Shown here: positions 36,401 to 45,341 of the stretch, in pieces | Layout: each line of letters opens with the position of its first letter | Position numbering within the stretch: the stretch's first letter is position 1 | DNA from: a virus | Strand: one strand, 5' to 3' | IMG/VR virus record: IMGVR_UViG_3300045988_154953 | DNA: 64,000 nucleotides | The notes under the pieces: generated by a model | Told to the model about the DNA's origin: nothing | Seen by the model: the letters and a program-made list of their open reading frames with translations, nothing else | Database searches by the model: none | Program-made: the position numbers and the translations under genes

Positions 36401-37276
36401 ATGAAAGTAGTCAAGAGAGATTGTACGCTGGTAGATTTTGATAAAAATAAAATTTACACAGCGATAATGAAAGCGATGAAGGATGGATCAGGAATTGTGA
36501 AGCCGAAGGTAGCAGAAGACATCTCAAATGAGATATATGAAATGCACAAAAATGACGATGAAATCGACATTTCAACCATCGAATCAGAGGTCTTCGATAA
36601 ATTGATTACAAAAAAACAAAGACTTACTGCCAGAGCTTATGAAGGATATAGAAGTAAACGAGAGCTGCAACGAGAATATAACACTATAGATGATGAAATA
36701 ATCGGCCTTGTCGAAGATAAAAATGAATATTGGAAAGATGAAAATGCAAACAAAAATCCAATATTAAATCCAACGAAAAGAGATTATATTGCCGGTTCAG
36801 TAAGTACAGATGCAACAAAAAGATATTTATTATCACCAGAAATAGTACAAGCTCATATGGATGGTATTATTCACTTTCATGATGCAGATTATTTTATTCA
36901 ACATATGCATAATTGTGATCTAGTTAATCTTGAAGATATGTTACAAAATAACACTGTAATTAGTGGAGTATTAATTGAAAAACCACATTCTTTTTCTACT
37001 GCTTGTAATATAGCTACACAAGCCATTTCACAAATAGCAAGTAATCAATATGGGGGTCAAAGTGTTTCTTTGGCACATCTCGCTCCTTTCGTAGATATTT
37101 CAAGACAAAAAATAAGAGAAGAATTAGTAGAAGAATTTTCTTTATTGGGTTTCTCTAAGGGTGGAATTATAGACGAAGATTTTAATGCAGTTGTAGAAAA
37201 ACGTTTAAAGAAAGAAATTGAAAAAGGTGTTCAGACTATTCAATATCAATTAGTTACACTTATGACAACAAACGGT
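36401..37276 (+). CDS. nrdD: anaerobic ribonucleoside-triphosphate reductase, exon 1
   Basis: ATP-cone N-terminus (VVKRDCTLVDFDKNKI) and class III RNR body. The reading frame continues as ..LMTTNG | QAPFITIF.. when joined to 38332. Confidence 0.8.
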
Positions 37277-38331
37277 TAATTTTGGCTGTTGTAAAATCTT
37301 GTGAACCATGCCAATGGGTGTCTAATAAATTAGGCTAACGGTCAACTAACCTCAAGGGTAAGGTGGTAAGAGAACCTAAGTCCTGTAATAAGGATATGGT
37401 AATACCGTGTTAAGCGTTTTGTTTATAAAAATAAAAAAAGAAAGGGGGGGAATGAAAAATGTATGGATATATATATTTAACTACAAATCTAATCAACGAT
37501 CGAAAATATATAGGAAAACATAAAAGTGAATTTTATGACGATAAATATTATGGGAGTGGAAAGATTCTTTTGCAGGCTATATCAAAATATGGTATTGAAA
37601 ATTTTACGAATGAAATATTATACGAAGCGGATTACGCAGAAGAATTAAATAAAAAAGAAAAAGAATATATTTCATTATATAGAGGAAAATATGGAAAACA
37701 AATGTATAATATAGCGTCTGGAGGAGACGGGGGAGATACATACTCATCTAAATCTGAAGAAGAAAAAGAAGATTTTGTTAAGAAAATGGAGAAAATAAAT
37801 AGAGACAGATGTTCTTCGAAAGAATTTAAGATACAAGCTTCTGAACGTTTAACTAAAAAATATTCCAACATTGAAGAAAGAAAATTACAATCCGAAAGAA
37901 TTAAAAAAGCTTGGGATAATGAGCAATTAAAGGAAGATCAGAGCGAGCGATTAAAAAATTATTATAAAACACATAAAAAAGAAAATTCATATAATAACAT
38001 TCCATGTGGGATTAAATTTAATGGGGTAAAATATGAATTTGAAAGTGTTAAGCAATTAAAAAAATTCATAAAAGAAGAGTTTAATTTTGTCCCAGGAAAT
38101 TCAAAGATAAAACAGATGATGATTGATGGGACTAATGGTATTCCATATGTTTCTTTCTTTAAAAAATACAGTAATTTGAATGGCGCGTTACTTTATTATA
38201 AACAAAACGAAAATGTAGAGACTATGGGTGATGAATGTAGCCCAGTAGAGCATGAGATAGGCACATGCTCCAAGTGCAAGACTGAAATAGAAGAGATAGT
38301 CCGCTCTGCATAGAAATATGCAGATGGGGTG
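37277..38331 (+). mobile_element. group I intron interrupting nrdD
   Basis: The 5' exon ends in U (37276), which pairs as U-G in a P1 helix aacggu/gcuguu (37271-37276 with 37085-type guide at 37285-37290). The intron ends in G (38331). It has a GC-rich structured 5' core (37300-37420) and a conserved-looking aagagatagtcc near the 3' end. It contains a homing endonuclease ORF. Confidence 0.75.
37459..38313 (+). CDS. GIY-YIG homing endonuclease (intron-encoded)
   Basis: N-terminal GYIYLTTNLINDRKYIGKH..YYGSG is a GIY-YIG motif. It lies inside the nrdD intron. Confidence 0.8.
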   Translation: MYGYIYLTTNLINDRKYIGKHKSEFYDDKYYGSGKILLQAISKYGIENFTNEILYEADYAEELNKKEKEYISLYRGKYGKQMYNIASGGDGGDTYSSKSEEEKEDFVKKMEKINRDRCSSKEFKIQASERLTKKYSNIEERKLQSERIKKAWDNEQLKEDQSERLKNYYKTHKKENSYNNIPCGIKFNGVKYEFESVKQLKKFIKEEFNFVPGNSKIKQMMIDGTNGIPYVSFFKKYSNLNGALLYYKQNENVETMGDECSPVEHEIGTCSKCKTEIEEIVRSA

Positions 38332-39699
38332 CAAGCCCCTTTTATTACAATTTTCATGTATCTTAATGAAGCCAAAAACGAACAAGAAAAACACGATTTA
38401 GCTTTATTAATCGAAGAAATGCTTCATCAAAGAATCAAAGGAGTAAAAAATAAAGAAGGAGTTTATGTAGCACCTGCATTTCCTAAACTAATTTATGTTT
38501 TGGAAGAAGATAATATTCATGAAGATTCAAAATATTGGTATTTGACAAAATTAGCTGCGGAGTGTTCTTCTAAACGTTTAGTTCCAGATTATATTTCAGA
38601 AAAAATTATGCTTGAAACAAAAGGTGATGTATACACCTGTATGGGATGTAGATCATTTTTAACAGTAGATAGATTTTCTGATAAAGTTTCTAACATTGCC
38701 AATGCGAAAAATTACGAACCTGACAAACACAAATATTACGGACGCTTCAATCAAGGTGTAGTTACACTTTCACTACCAGATATTGCTTTATCTTCAGAAG
38801 GTGATTTCGATACATTTTGGAAAATTTTTGAAGAAAGAACTGAATTGTGTCATAAAGCACTTAGAATCAGACATGAAAGATTGCGCGGTACATTATCTGA
38901 TGTTGCTCCTATATTGTGGCAAGATGGTGCTCTTGCTCGATTAAAAGAACATGAAAAAATCGATAAACTTCTTTATGATGGTTATTCAACTATATCTTTG
39001 GGATATGCCGGTTTATATGAATGTGTAAAATATATGACTGGACATTCTCATTCTGATGAAGGTATTGGCGAAGAGTTTGGATTAAAAGTTATGCAAGCTC
39101 TTAATGATAAGTGTGCTCAGTGGAAAAATGCTGAAAATATAGATTATAGTTTGTATGGTACGCCTCTCGAAAGTACAACGTATAAATTTGCAAAATGCTT
39201 AAAGGCTCGTTTTGGTAAAGATGTATTTATTAGATTGGATGGATTTGATAGAAATTATATAACTAATTCATATCATATTCCAGTGTTTGAGCCAATTACA
39301 GCGTTTGAAAAACTTAGAATAGAAGCAAAATTCCAATTATTAAGTCCTGGTGGAGCCATTTCTTATGTAGAAGTACCAAGCATGTCTCATAATATTAATG
39401 CTTTGATCGAAGTTATCAAATTCATTTACTATCACATTCAGTATGCAGAAATTAATACTAAAAGTTGCTACTGTGAAAAATGTGGCTATGATGGAGATAT
39501 TCCTCTTGTACTAGATGAAAATGGTAAATATAGATGGGAGTGTCCACAATGTGGCAATATAGATAATACTACCATGGATATTGCTTTTAGAGTCTGTGGT
39601 TACATTGGTACTGCAAAAAATGGTGGTAATCAAGGACGATATGGTGATGTACATGATCGTGTATATCACTTAGATGATATAGAATATAATGAGAAATAG
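38332..39699 (+). CDS. nrdD: anaerobic ribonucleoside-triphosphate reductase, exon 2
   Basis: Continues the class III RNR. A C-terminal zinc site CYCEKCG..CPQCG is followed by a glycyl-radical-type RVCGY motif. Confidence 0.8.
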   Translation, partial: QAPFITIFMYLNEAKNEQEKHDLALLIEEMLHQRIKGVKNKEGVYVAPAFPKLIYVLEEDNIHEDSKYWYLTKLAAECSSKRLVPDYISEKIMLETKGDVYTCMGCRSFLTVDRFSDKVSNIANAKNYEPDKHKYYGRFNQGVVTLSLPDIALSSEGDFDTFWKIFEERTELCHKALRIRHERLRGTLSDVAPILWQDGALARLKEHEKIDKLLYDGYSTISLGYAGLYECVKYMTGHSHSDEGIGEEFGLKVMQALNDKCAQWKNAENIDYSLYGTPLESTTYKFAKCLKARFGKDVFIRLDGFDRNYITNSYHIPVFEPITAFEKLRIEAKFQLLSPGGAISYVEVPSMSHNINALIEVIKFIYYHIQYAEINTKSCYCEKCGYDGDIPLVLDENGKYRWECPQCGNIDNTTMDIAFRVCGYIGTAKNGGNQGRYGDVHDRVYHLDDIEYNEK

Positions 39700-39701
39700 T
39701 T

Positions 39702-40175
39702 ATGAATATAAATTATAATTTTAGAAATATACACAATACATACAAAAAATGTTCCATTTTAACATATGATGAAGATGAAAATTATGAAGAATATGACGGA
39801 AACGAAGAAAATTACGAAACTTTTACAATTACGTCACATCACAGAGAAGTAATCTTAACGAATGAGAAGCATCATCAATCTATAATTTTTCATGAATATA
39901 GATATAATGACGAGTCTAAATTAGATGATGTTTGTGATATTGCAAATTACATTAATGATAAAGCATATACGTATCTTTGTAATGTTTTGAACACAACTGA
40001 TAGCGTGACTGTATTCTGGAGTCAAATATTTGGAACAACAAGTGATTATACAATTATCTATGATAATTATTTTACTGATGGTGAAGAATGTAGAAATTAT
40101 TTAGAACAAAACTATGATTATTGCTCTTATAAGTATGTTGAAATATTAGGAAATGAACGTAGAAAATGTTTTTAG
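39702..40175 (+). CDS. hypothetical acidic protein
   Basis: 157-aa ORF between nrdD and nrdG. Confidence 0.5.
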   Translation: MNINYNFRNIHNTYKKCSILTYDEDENYEEYDGNEENYETFTITSHHREVILTNEKHHQSIIFHEYRYNDESKLDDVCDIANYINDKAYTYLCNVLNTTDSVTVFWSQIFGTTSDYTIIYDNYFTDGEECRNYLEQNYDYCSYKYVEILGNERRKCF

Positions 40176-40187
40176 GAGAAAAAGTAA

Positions 40188-40766
40188 ATGAGATTTGCAA
40201 GTATCAGATCCATGGACATTAGCAATGGAGAGGGTGTGGGTGTCGCCCTCTTCGTTCAAGGATGTCATTTGCATTGTTATAATTGTTTCAATCAAGAGAC
40301 ATGGGATTTTAACGGTGGCAAGGAATGGACAGAAGATATAAAAAATAAATTTATAAAACTAATTGATCATCCATACATAAGTCGAGTTAGCTTTCTTGGC
40401 GGTGAACCATTGGCGGATGAAAATGTAGAAACTGTATTCAAAATTATAGAAGAGATTCAATCTATATATCCAAACAAGAAAATTTGGATATATACAGGAT
40501 ATACCTTAGAAACTATTAAGCAAACACTTGATAGTTATACTAAAATACCTGATTATTTATCTCTTTGTTTAGAACCAATACCAGTAAACGCAATTTATGA
40601 TATCAAACGTTGGAAAACAATCGAATTATGTGATGTATTAGTAGATGGTCAATTTATTGATAGTCAAAAAAATATGAATTTAAGATTTAAAGGATCATCT
40701 AACCAAAGAATTATTGATGTTCAGAAATCATTAAAACAGAATAAAGTAGTTTTATATTACAATTAA
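40188..40766 (+). CDS. nrdG: anaerobic RNR activating protein (radical SAM)
   Basis: GEGVGVALFVQGCHLHCYNCFN is a CX3CX2C motif in the typical NrdG context, downstream of nrdD. Confidence 0.8.
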   Translation: MRFASIRSMDISNGEGVGVALFVQGCHLHCYNCFNQETWDFNGGKEWTEDIKNKFIKLIDHPYISRVSFLGGEPLADENVETVFKIIEEIQSIYPNKKIWIYTGYTLETIKQTLDSYTKIPDYLSLCLEPIPVNAIYDIKRWKTIELCDVLVDGQFIDSQKNMNLRFKGSSNQRIIDVQKSLKQNKVVLYYN

Positions 40767-40770
40767 TAGG

Positions 40771-41478
40771 GTGATAAACATGTCAAGATATTTAATGAAA
40801 TTTGTCGGTAAATATCGTGTAAAAGCCAATCTTGATTTAGAAACAAATGATGTACCAAGAGATGAGCATGGAGTAATTGATCCAGACTTTGATGACATCT
40901 ACATCAAGTGTGCTAAAAATGCACAGATATATCATTATGGTGATGATGTCATTATTGGTTATATTCCATCTCTTGGGCGCGCACATAATATACTTATTGC
41001 AATGGCAAAAGATTTACACCTTATTCCAGAAGAGTCTATATCTCGTGATTATGAGGCATTGTACTCTATATTAAATCAAGATGGAACAATATATGATATA
41101 CGTGAGAATTCAGAAGAAATAGAATTTAAATTCAAAGATGAAAATATAGAATTTGTAGCAAAATATTTACAACCGCAAACATCTGGCGCTAGTATTTCCC
41201 CATTTTCTTCAAAGAACCTTCCTAAAACATCCTATGTAATTCCTACAGAAGATTTAGAAGAATATTTAAATATTACAAGTGTAATTCAAAAAGAGGATAA
41301 GCTAAAGGTTGGTCGTTTACAAAATCAATTTCTCAGAAATATTCTCTCAAATGAAGAACAGTATAAAGATATTGATTTTAAGTCCGATATGAAGAAGAAG
41401 ATGTTAAAAGGAAAGGAATATATTCATTCAATTGGTGCATGGGATAAATATCTAAAATATTTGCAGCAGGAATTATAA
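40771..41478 (+). CDS. hypothetical protein
   Basis: 235-aa ORF. GTG 40771 or ATG 40780 could be the start. Confidence 0.5.
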   Translation: MINMSRYLMKFVGKYRVKANLDLETNDVPRDEHGVIDPDFDDIYIKCAKNAQIYHYGDDVIIGYIPSLGRAHNILIAMAKDLHLIPEESISRDYEALYSILNQDGTIYDIRENSEEIEFKFKDENIEFVAKYLQPQTSGASISPFSSKNLPKTSYVIPTEDLEEYLNITSVIQKEDKLKVGRLQNQFLRNILSNEEQYKDIDFKSDMKKKMLKGKEYIHSIGAWDKYLKYLQQEL

Positions 41479-41490
41479 GGGGAAATATTT

Positions 41491-41688
41491 ATGAAAAAGA
41501 TTTCAAAAATATTTGAGGCGATACTACAAGCATTAATATATTTTGTAATTGTGATGTTCATTGTTGGCTTTTATTATTTGTTAGTTTATTGCCTTACATT
41601 TTTTGTTGGTAAGCTAATAGCGAATATCATTCTCAGCATATTAGTGTTTGTATTTATCGTATGGTGTATATATCAAAATAACAAGTGA
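41491..41688 (+). CDS. small membrane protein
   Basis: Two hydrophobic helices. Confidence 0.45.
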   Translation: MKKISKIFEAILQALIYFVIVMFIVGFYYLLVYCLTFFVGKLIANIILSILVFVFIVWCIYQNNK

Positions 41689-41701
41689 AAGGTGATAAAA
41701 T

Positions 41702-42325
41702 TTGAAAACAATTTTTAATTGGATTGGTGATGATTGGAAAAGAGTAAAAAATCATTGCCGTACTACAGATAATAAAGAATTTACCGAAAAAGATGCAACT
41801 GATACATTTAAGAAAAAGTTACTTATTTCAGAGCATTCACCCATCAGATTACTAGAATTTGATTGGTCTTGGAAGAATATTTTTTACTGGGTTTCTACAG
41901 AATGGAGTCGTCATAAATTTGAAAAGTTTATTAGCACTCAAAGAGATGATCGTTTAAAAGATAATACTCCAAGAGGAAAGAAAACGCAAGATACATTGGT
42001 TAATTTTGATGGATACGCGAATATGCAAAATGCTATTGATGGTTGGCGTAAAAGATTATGCAGAATGGCTACTGATGATGCAAGAGAACTAGGAGAAGAT
42101 TTTAAAATAGAATTACATAAAACACATCCGTATGAATCTGATGTTCTGGTTCCAAATTGTATATATAGAGCAGGTTGTCCAGAATTTAGTTGTTGTGGCT
42201 TTATTTCTGAATTTATTAAATGGGCAAAAGATAGTGGGAAAGAAATTAATTGGTTAAATATTCAGGATAGATATGATTTATATAATGAATATTTTTATGA
42301 ATTACATAAGGAGGAAACATGTTAG
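41702..42325 (+). CDS. ThyX-like (flavin-dependent thymidylate synthase family) protein, divergent
   Basis: SEHSPIRLLEFDWSW..WSRHKFEKFISTQR resembles the ThyX HSP..RHR..S.R core. It sits next to the dUTPase gene. TTG start. Confidence 0.45.
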   Translation: MKTIFNWIGDDWKRVKNHCRTTDNKEFTEKDATDTFKKKLLISEHSPIRLLEFDWSWKNIFYWVSTEWSRHKFEKFISTQRDDRLKDNTPRGKKTQDTLVNFDGYANMQNAIDGWRKRLCRMATDDARELGEDFKIELHKTHPYESDVLVPNCIYRAGCPEFSCCGFISEFIKWAKDSGKEINWLNIQDRYDLYNEYFYELHKEETC

Positions 42326-42852
42326 ATATTACAAAAATAAACTATACACCGACTGGTATACACAATAAAAGACTACGTGGATTTGAAGTAATTAGTCCAA
42401 AAGAATACAATCGTTCATTTGAACCAGACGAAGAAATTCAGGTTAAGTTACCAAAACGTTCTACAAAAAAGGCAGCAGGATATGATTGTTTTTCTCCATT
42501 CGATTTTACTTTGCAGCCAGGAGAAGATATTAATATTCCAACTGGTATAAAGGCTTATATGCAGGATGGAGAAGTACTTATGGTATTTCCTAGAAGCGGA
42601 TTGGGATTTAAATATTATACAAGACTTTCAAATTCGACAGGTATTGTGGATGGAGATTACTATTCTAATCCAAATAATGATGGTCATATTCATGTAAAGA
42701 TTCGTAATGAAGGTACTAAACCATTAACAGTTAAACAAGGTGAAGCATTTTGTCAGTTTATCTTTATGCCGTTTCTTATTGCCGATGGAGACAATTTTAA
42801 TACAGGAGATGATAGAATTGGCGGATTTGGAAGTACAACAAGAGAAAAATAA
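42319..42852 (+). CDS. dut: trimeric dUTPase
   Basis: Motifs AAGYDCFSP, PRSGLGFKY, GIVDGDYY and RIGGFGST. Confidence 0.8.
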   Translation: MLDITKINYTPTGIHNKRLRGFEVISPKEYNRSFEPDEEIQVKLPKRSTKKAAGYDCFSPFDFTLQPGEDINIPTGIKAYMQDGEVLMVFPRSGLGFKYYTRLSNSTGIVDGDYYSNPNNDGHIHVKIRNEGTKPLTVKQGEAFCQFIFMPFLIADGDNFNTGDDRIGGFGSTTREK

Positions 42853-43048
42853 TTTAATAGAACAAAAGAAATTTTTAAGTTTAAATGACCTATATGATGT
42901 ACTTCCTTTTGGAAAGACTAAAATTTTAAAATTGATCGCTGCCAATGAGTTACCTGTTATGAAAGTTGGTAAAGATTACATTACAACATATAATATATTA
43001 GAAAAATGGGTTGAAGAACATATAGGTGATGAAATATATTTTGAATAA
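42809..43048 (+). CDS. xis: excisionase-type helix-turn-helix DNA-binding protein
   Basis: LSLNDLYDVLPFGKTKILKLIAANELPVMKVGKDYI resembles the MerR/excisionase HTH. It lies immediately upstream of int. The start is uncertain. Confidence 0.45.
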   Translation: MIELADLEVQQEKNNLIEQKKFLSLNDLYDVLPFGKTKILKLIAANELPVMKVGKDYITTYNILEKWVEEHIGDEIYFE

Positions 43049-43056
43049 TTAAGTAA

Positions 43057-43086
43057 TTGTGAATAATGTAAGGTGTGTGCTATAAT
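43057..43086 (+). promoter_or_regulatory. promoter upstream of the integrase gene
   Basis: TTGTGA, an 18-nt spacer ending in TGC (extended -10), then TATAAT (43081-43086). Confidence 0.5.
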
Positions 43087-43091
43087 TAAAT

Positions 43092-43111
43092 TATAATTAA
43101 GTATGCCCTTG
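43092..43111. repeat. left copy of the 20-bp perfect inverted repeat
   Basis: tataattaagtatgcccttg has its exact reverse complement at 44676-44695. Confidence 0.85.
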
Positions 43112-43139
43112 CATTATTCTATTTTGGAGGTGTTTTTTA

Positions 43140-44327
43140 TTGAATAATGTGAAAGCAATTATAAAAGGAATGACATTATATAAACGCAGCGATGGCCGAT
43201 ATGAAGGCCGTATCACGGTTAATGGCAAGCGTAAGAGTTTTTATGGTACAACGAAAGTTGAGGTGAAGAATAAAGCCAAAGAGTATTTAACAAAAGTTGA
43301 AAACGGCTATGTTGAGCCTACTAAAATTATATTCAATGAATACATAGAATACTGGCTGAAAACTTATAAGAAGAATAAGATTCAAGATTCGTCATACAGT
43401 CGTCTGTACACAACATATTTACATCAAATTAAACCAACAATAGGTCAAATGAAGATGGGGAACATTAAGACGAAAGACATCCAAAATCTGATTGATGAAT
43501 ATGCTAATCCAACCAGTGCTGATGTAAAACCTTTGTCGCTGTCTGGCTTAAAGAAGCTTACGCATCTTATAAGGCCATGTATGCAAATGGCTGTTACAGA
43601 AGGACTGTTGCAAAAGAATCCCTGTGATAATGTGGTCTTTCCGCAAGAAGACTGTATTCAAGTAGATACAAAGCAGCAGTACAGTTTGTCAGATGATGAA
43701 TTGAAAAGAATTAGAATGGCAGCGTTGACGAAGTATAAAAATGGACGGTATCGCAGTCGGGATTGGATTGTTCTTTTGATTATGTTGAACACAGGTTTAC
43801 GTGTCGGTGAAATGTTGGCTCTGACATGGAAGGATATTGATTTTGAGAATCGAACAATGCATATCTGTAAGACGCTTCAAAGTAACATTAGAAACTATGA
43901 TGATTTAGAACATGTTGTTTATTATTCGAAGATTAAGAAGTCTGCAAAGACAAAGAACGGTGTCAGATATATTTCATTGAATACGCAGGTTCTTCAGTAT
44001 CTTCAGATGTTAAGGGGCTTTGATGAAGAGAATAAAATCAAATCCGATTATGTTGCATGTACAACTGTAGGGACTATGAATTGTTCAAGAAATCTACAAA
44101 GAAGTCTTGACAGATTAGTAAAATTTGCAGGAATACAACCAGAGTCACATGTATCATTACATACTTTAAGACATACGTTTGGATCAACATTATTAAGACA
44201 TGGGATAGGTATCGAAGTTATTAGCAAACTAATGGGACATGCAAATATTACTATTACATATAACAAATATATCCATGTCATACAGGAAGAGCAGGCCAAA
44301 GCAATGAATTTAGTTAATGTGTGCTGA
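43140..44327 (+). CDS. int: tyrosine integrase
   Basis: C-terminal catalytic pattern GLRVGE..HTLRHTFGS..LMGHANITITYNKYIHV. TTG start 7 nt after ggaggtg. Confidence 0.85.
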   Translation: MNNVKAIIKGMTLYKRSDGRYEGRITVNGKRKSFYGTTKVEVKNKAKEYLTKVENGYVEPTKIIFNEYIEYWLKTYKKNKIQDSSYSRLYTTYLHQIKPTIGQMKMGNIKTKDIQNLIDEYANPTSADVKPLSLSGLKKLTHLIRPCMQMAVTEGLLQKNPCDNVVFPQEDCIQVDTKQQYSLSDDELKRIRMAALTKYKNGRYRSRDWIVLLIMLNTGLRVGEMLALTWKDIDFENRTMHICKTLQSNIRNYDDLEHVVYYSKIKKSAKTKNGVRYISLNTQVLQYLQMLRGFDEENKIKSDYVACTTVGTMNCSRNLQRSLDRLVKFAGIQPESHVSLHTLRHTFGSTLLRHGIGIEVISKLMGHANITITYNKYIHVIQEEQAKAMNLVNVC

Positions 44328-44340
44328 AAAGGTACATTTT

Positions 44341-44360
44341 TGTGGTCAAAATGTGGTCAC
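44341..44360 (+). repeat. tandem TGTGGTCA(AAA) motifs (candidate integrase arm sites, left)
   Basis: tgtggtcaaaa and tgtggtcac lie adjacent. The same motif is repeated at 44557-44580. Confidence 0.5.
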
Positions 44361-44422
44361 GTCAAAATGCAATGTTTAAAAAATACAGATATTATAAGGG
44401 GTTTAAGGGTTGGACGGTTATC

Positions 44423-44441
44423 TCGACTCCCCGCAGGTCCA
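44423..44441 (+). other. candidate attP core mimicking a tRNA 3' end
   Basis: tcgactccccgcaggtcca reads as T-loop remnant, then T-stem 3' strand CCCCG, acceptor 3' strand CAGGTCC and discriminator A. No 5' tRNA half is present. Confidence 0.4.
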
Positions 44442-44451
44442 TCGACCTAAA

Positions 44452-44487
44452 CCTCTGTAAATCGCGTATTTACAGGGGTTTTTCTTT
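44452..44487 (+). terminator. rho-independent terminator following the tRNA-like fragment
   Basis: cctctgtaaat / atttacagggg stem followed by tttttcttt. Confidence 0.6.
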
Positions 44488-44516
44488 GCTTAAAATGCGA
44501 AAAATAGTCGTTTTAG

Positions 44517-44546
44517 ACCGTTTTGAACCGTTTCAGACCGTTTCAG
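44517..44546 (+). repeat. three tandem ~10-nt ACCGTTT(T/C)NN units
   Basis: accgttttga accgtttcag accgtttcag. Confidence 0.55.
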
Positions 44547-44556
44547 ACTGCTGGAA

Positions 44557-44580
44557 GTGTGGTCAAAAGTGTGGTCAAAA
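44557..44580 (+). repeat. tandem GTGTGGTCAAAA x2 (candidate integrase arm sites, right)
   Basis: Perfect 12-nt tandem duplication of the same core motif as 44341-44360. Confidence 0.6.
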
Positions 44581-44675
44581 AATTGAACTATTTTTAGCAG
44601 AAAAATCACCCGTTTTACAACTTTTAACTCTTAAATAACAACTTTTTACAAGTTTTTGGACGAAAATGCTAATTT

Positions 44676-44695
44676 CAAGGGCATACTTAATTATA
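44676..44695. repeat. right copy of the 20-bp perfect inverted repeat
   Basis: caagggcatacttaattata is the reverse complement of 43092-43111. Confidence 0.85.
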
Positions 44696-45026
44696 CATCA
44701 ATATACATCTTGAATTATACGTTATATTAGCTTTAATGAATTTCCATGGAAAGATTTATCCGGTTATTAAAATAACATTTTGTAATCATTATATAAGACG
44801 TTAATTTATCTATCTCTTCCTGAGAGATGATTTGAGACATTTTAATTATTGATATTATAATTTATTCGAATGTAATATAAAAACGTCTCAAGTCGAAGAT
44901 TAGAAGCCTTGTAATTAATTTTATTGATATTTTATATAATTATTACAATCATTCACAAAGAATATGTTTATCTTTTAGATTCTTGGTCATATTACAATTA
45001 TAAGAATCAAGGAGGCTAATATAATT

Positions 45027-45299
45027 ATGTCTAGAGTAAGACGTACAAAAATAGAAGTTGTACAGCAGAAGATAGCAGATATTGAATTGAAGATTAAAAG
45101 TACGGAAGATAAATTAATTGGTTACAAGAAACAGCTCAACGAATTAAATAACGAGATGAAAAAGATTATAGCAGCAGAAGAGAAGTCTAAAGAAAAAGAA
45201 AAACTCAATGAGATTATGAATCTGATTAAAAATAGTTCTATGAATTTAGATGAAATTAAGATCATGATCAGTAAAGAAATACACGATGTACAGGAGTAA
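45027..45299 (+). CDS. coiled-coil hypothetical protein
   Basis: 90-aa ORF with the strong SD aaggagg 9 nt upstream. Last + strand gene. Confidence 0.55.
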   Translation: MSRVRRTKIEVVQQKIADIELKIKSTEDKLIGYKKQLNELNNEMKKIIAAEEKSKEKEKLNEIMNLIKNSSMNLDEIKIMISKEIHDVQE

Positions 45300-45331
45300 A
45301 AAAATGGGAGAGTCCGTAATTGGATTCTCCC
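45298..45331 (-). terminator. terminator at the convergence point
   Basis: The stem gggagagtcc / ggattctccc is 10 bp with one G-U. It is followed on the - strand by T7. Confidence 0.6.
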
Positions 45332-45341
45332 TATAATTATT

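Noticed and set aside
44401-44450. A complete tRNA gene next to int
   Set aside because: Only the 3' portion (T-loop remnant, T-stem 3' strand, acceptor 3' strand) is present. No D-arm, anticodon arm or complementary 5' acceptor strand lies upstream.
44321-44638. 105-aa ORF downstream of int
   Set aside because: It spans the tRNA-like core, a terminator hairpin and tandem repeats, and has no SD. It is most likely an attP region rather than a gene.
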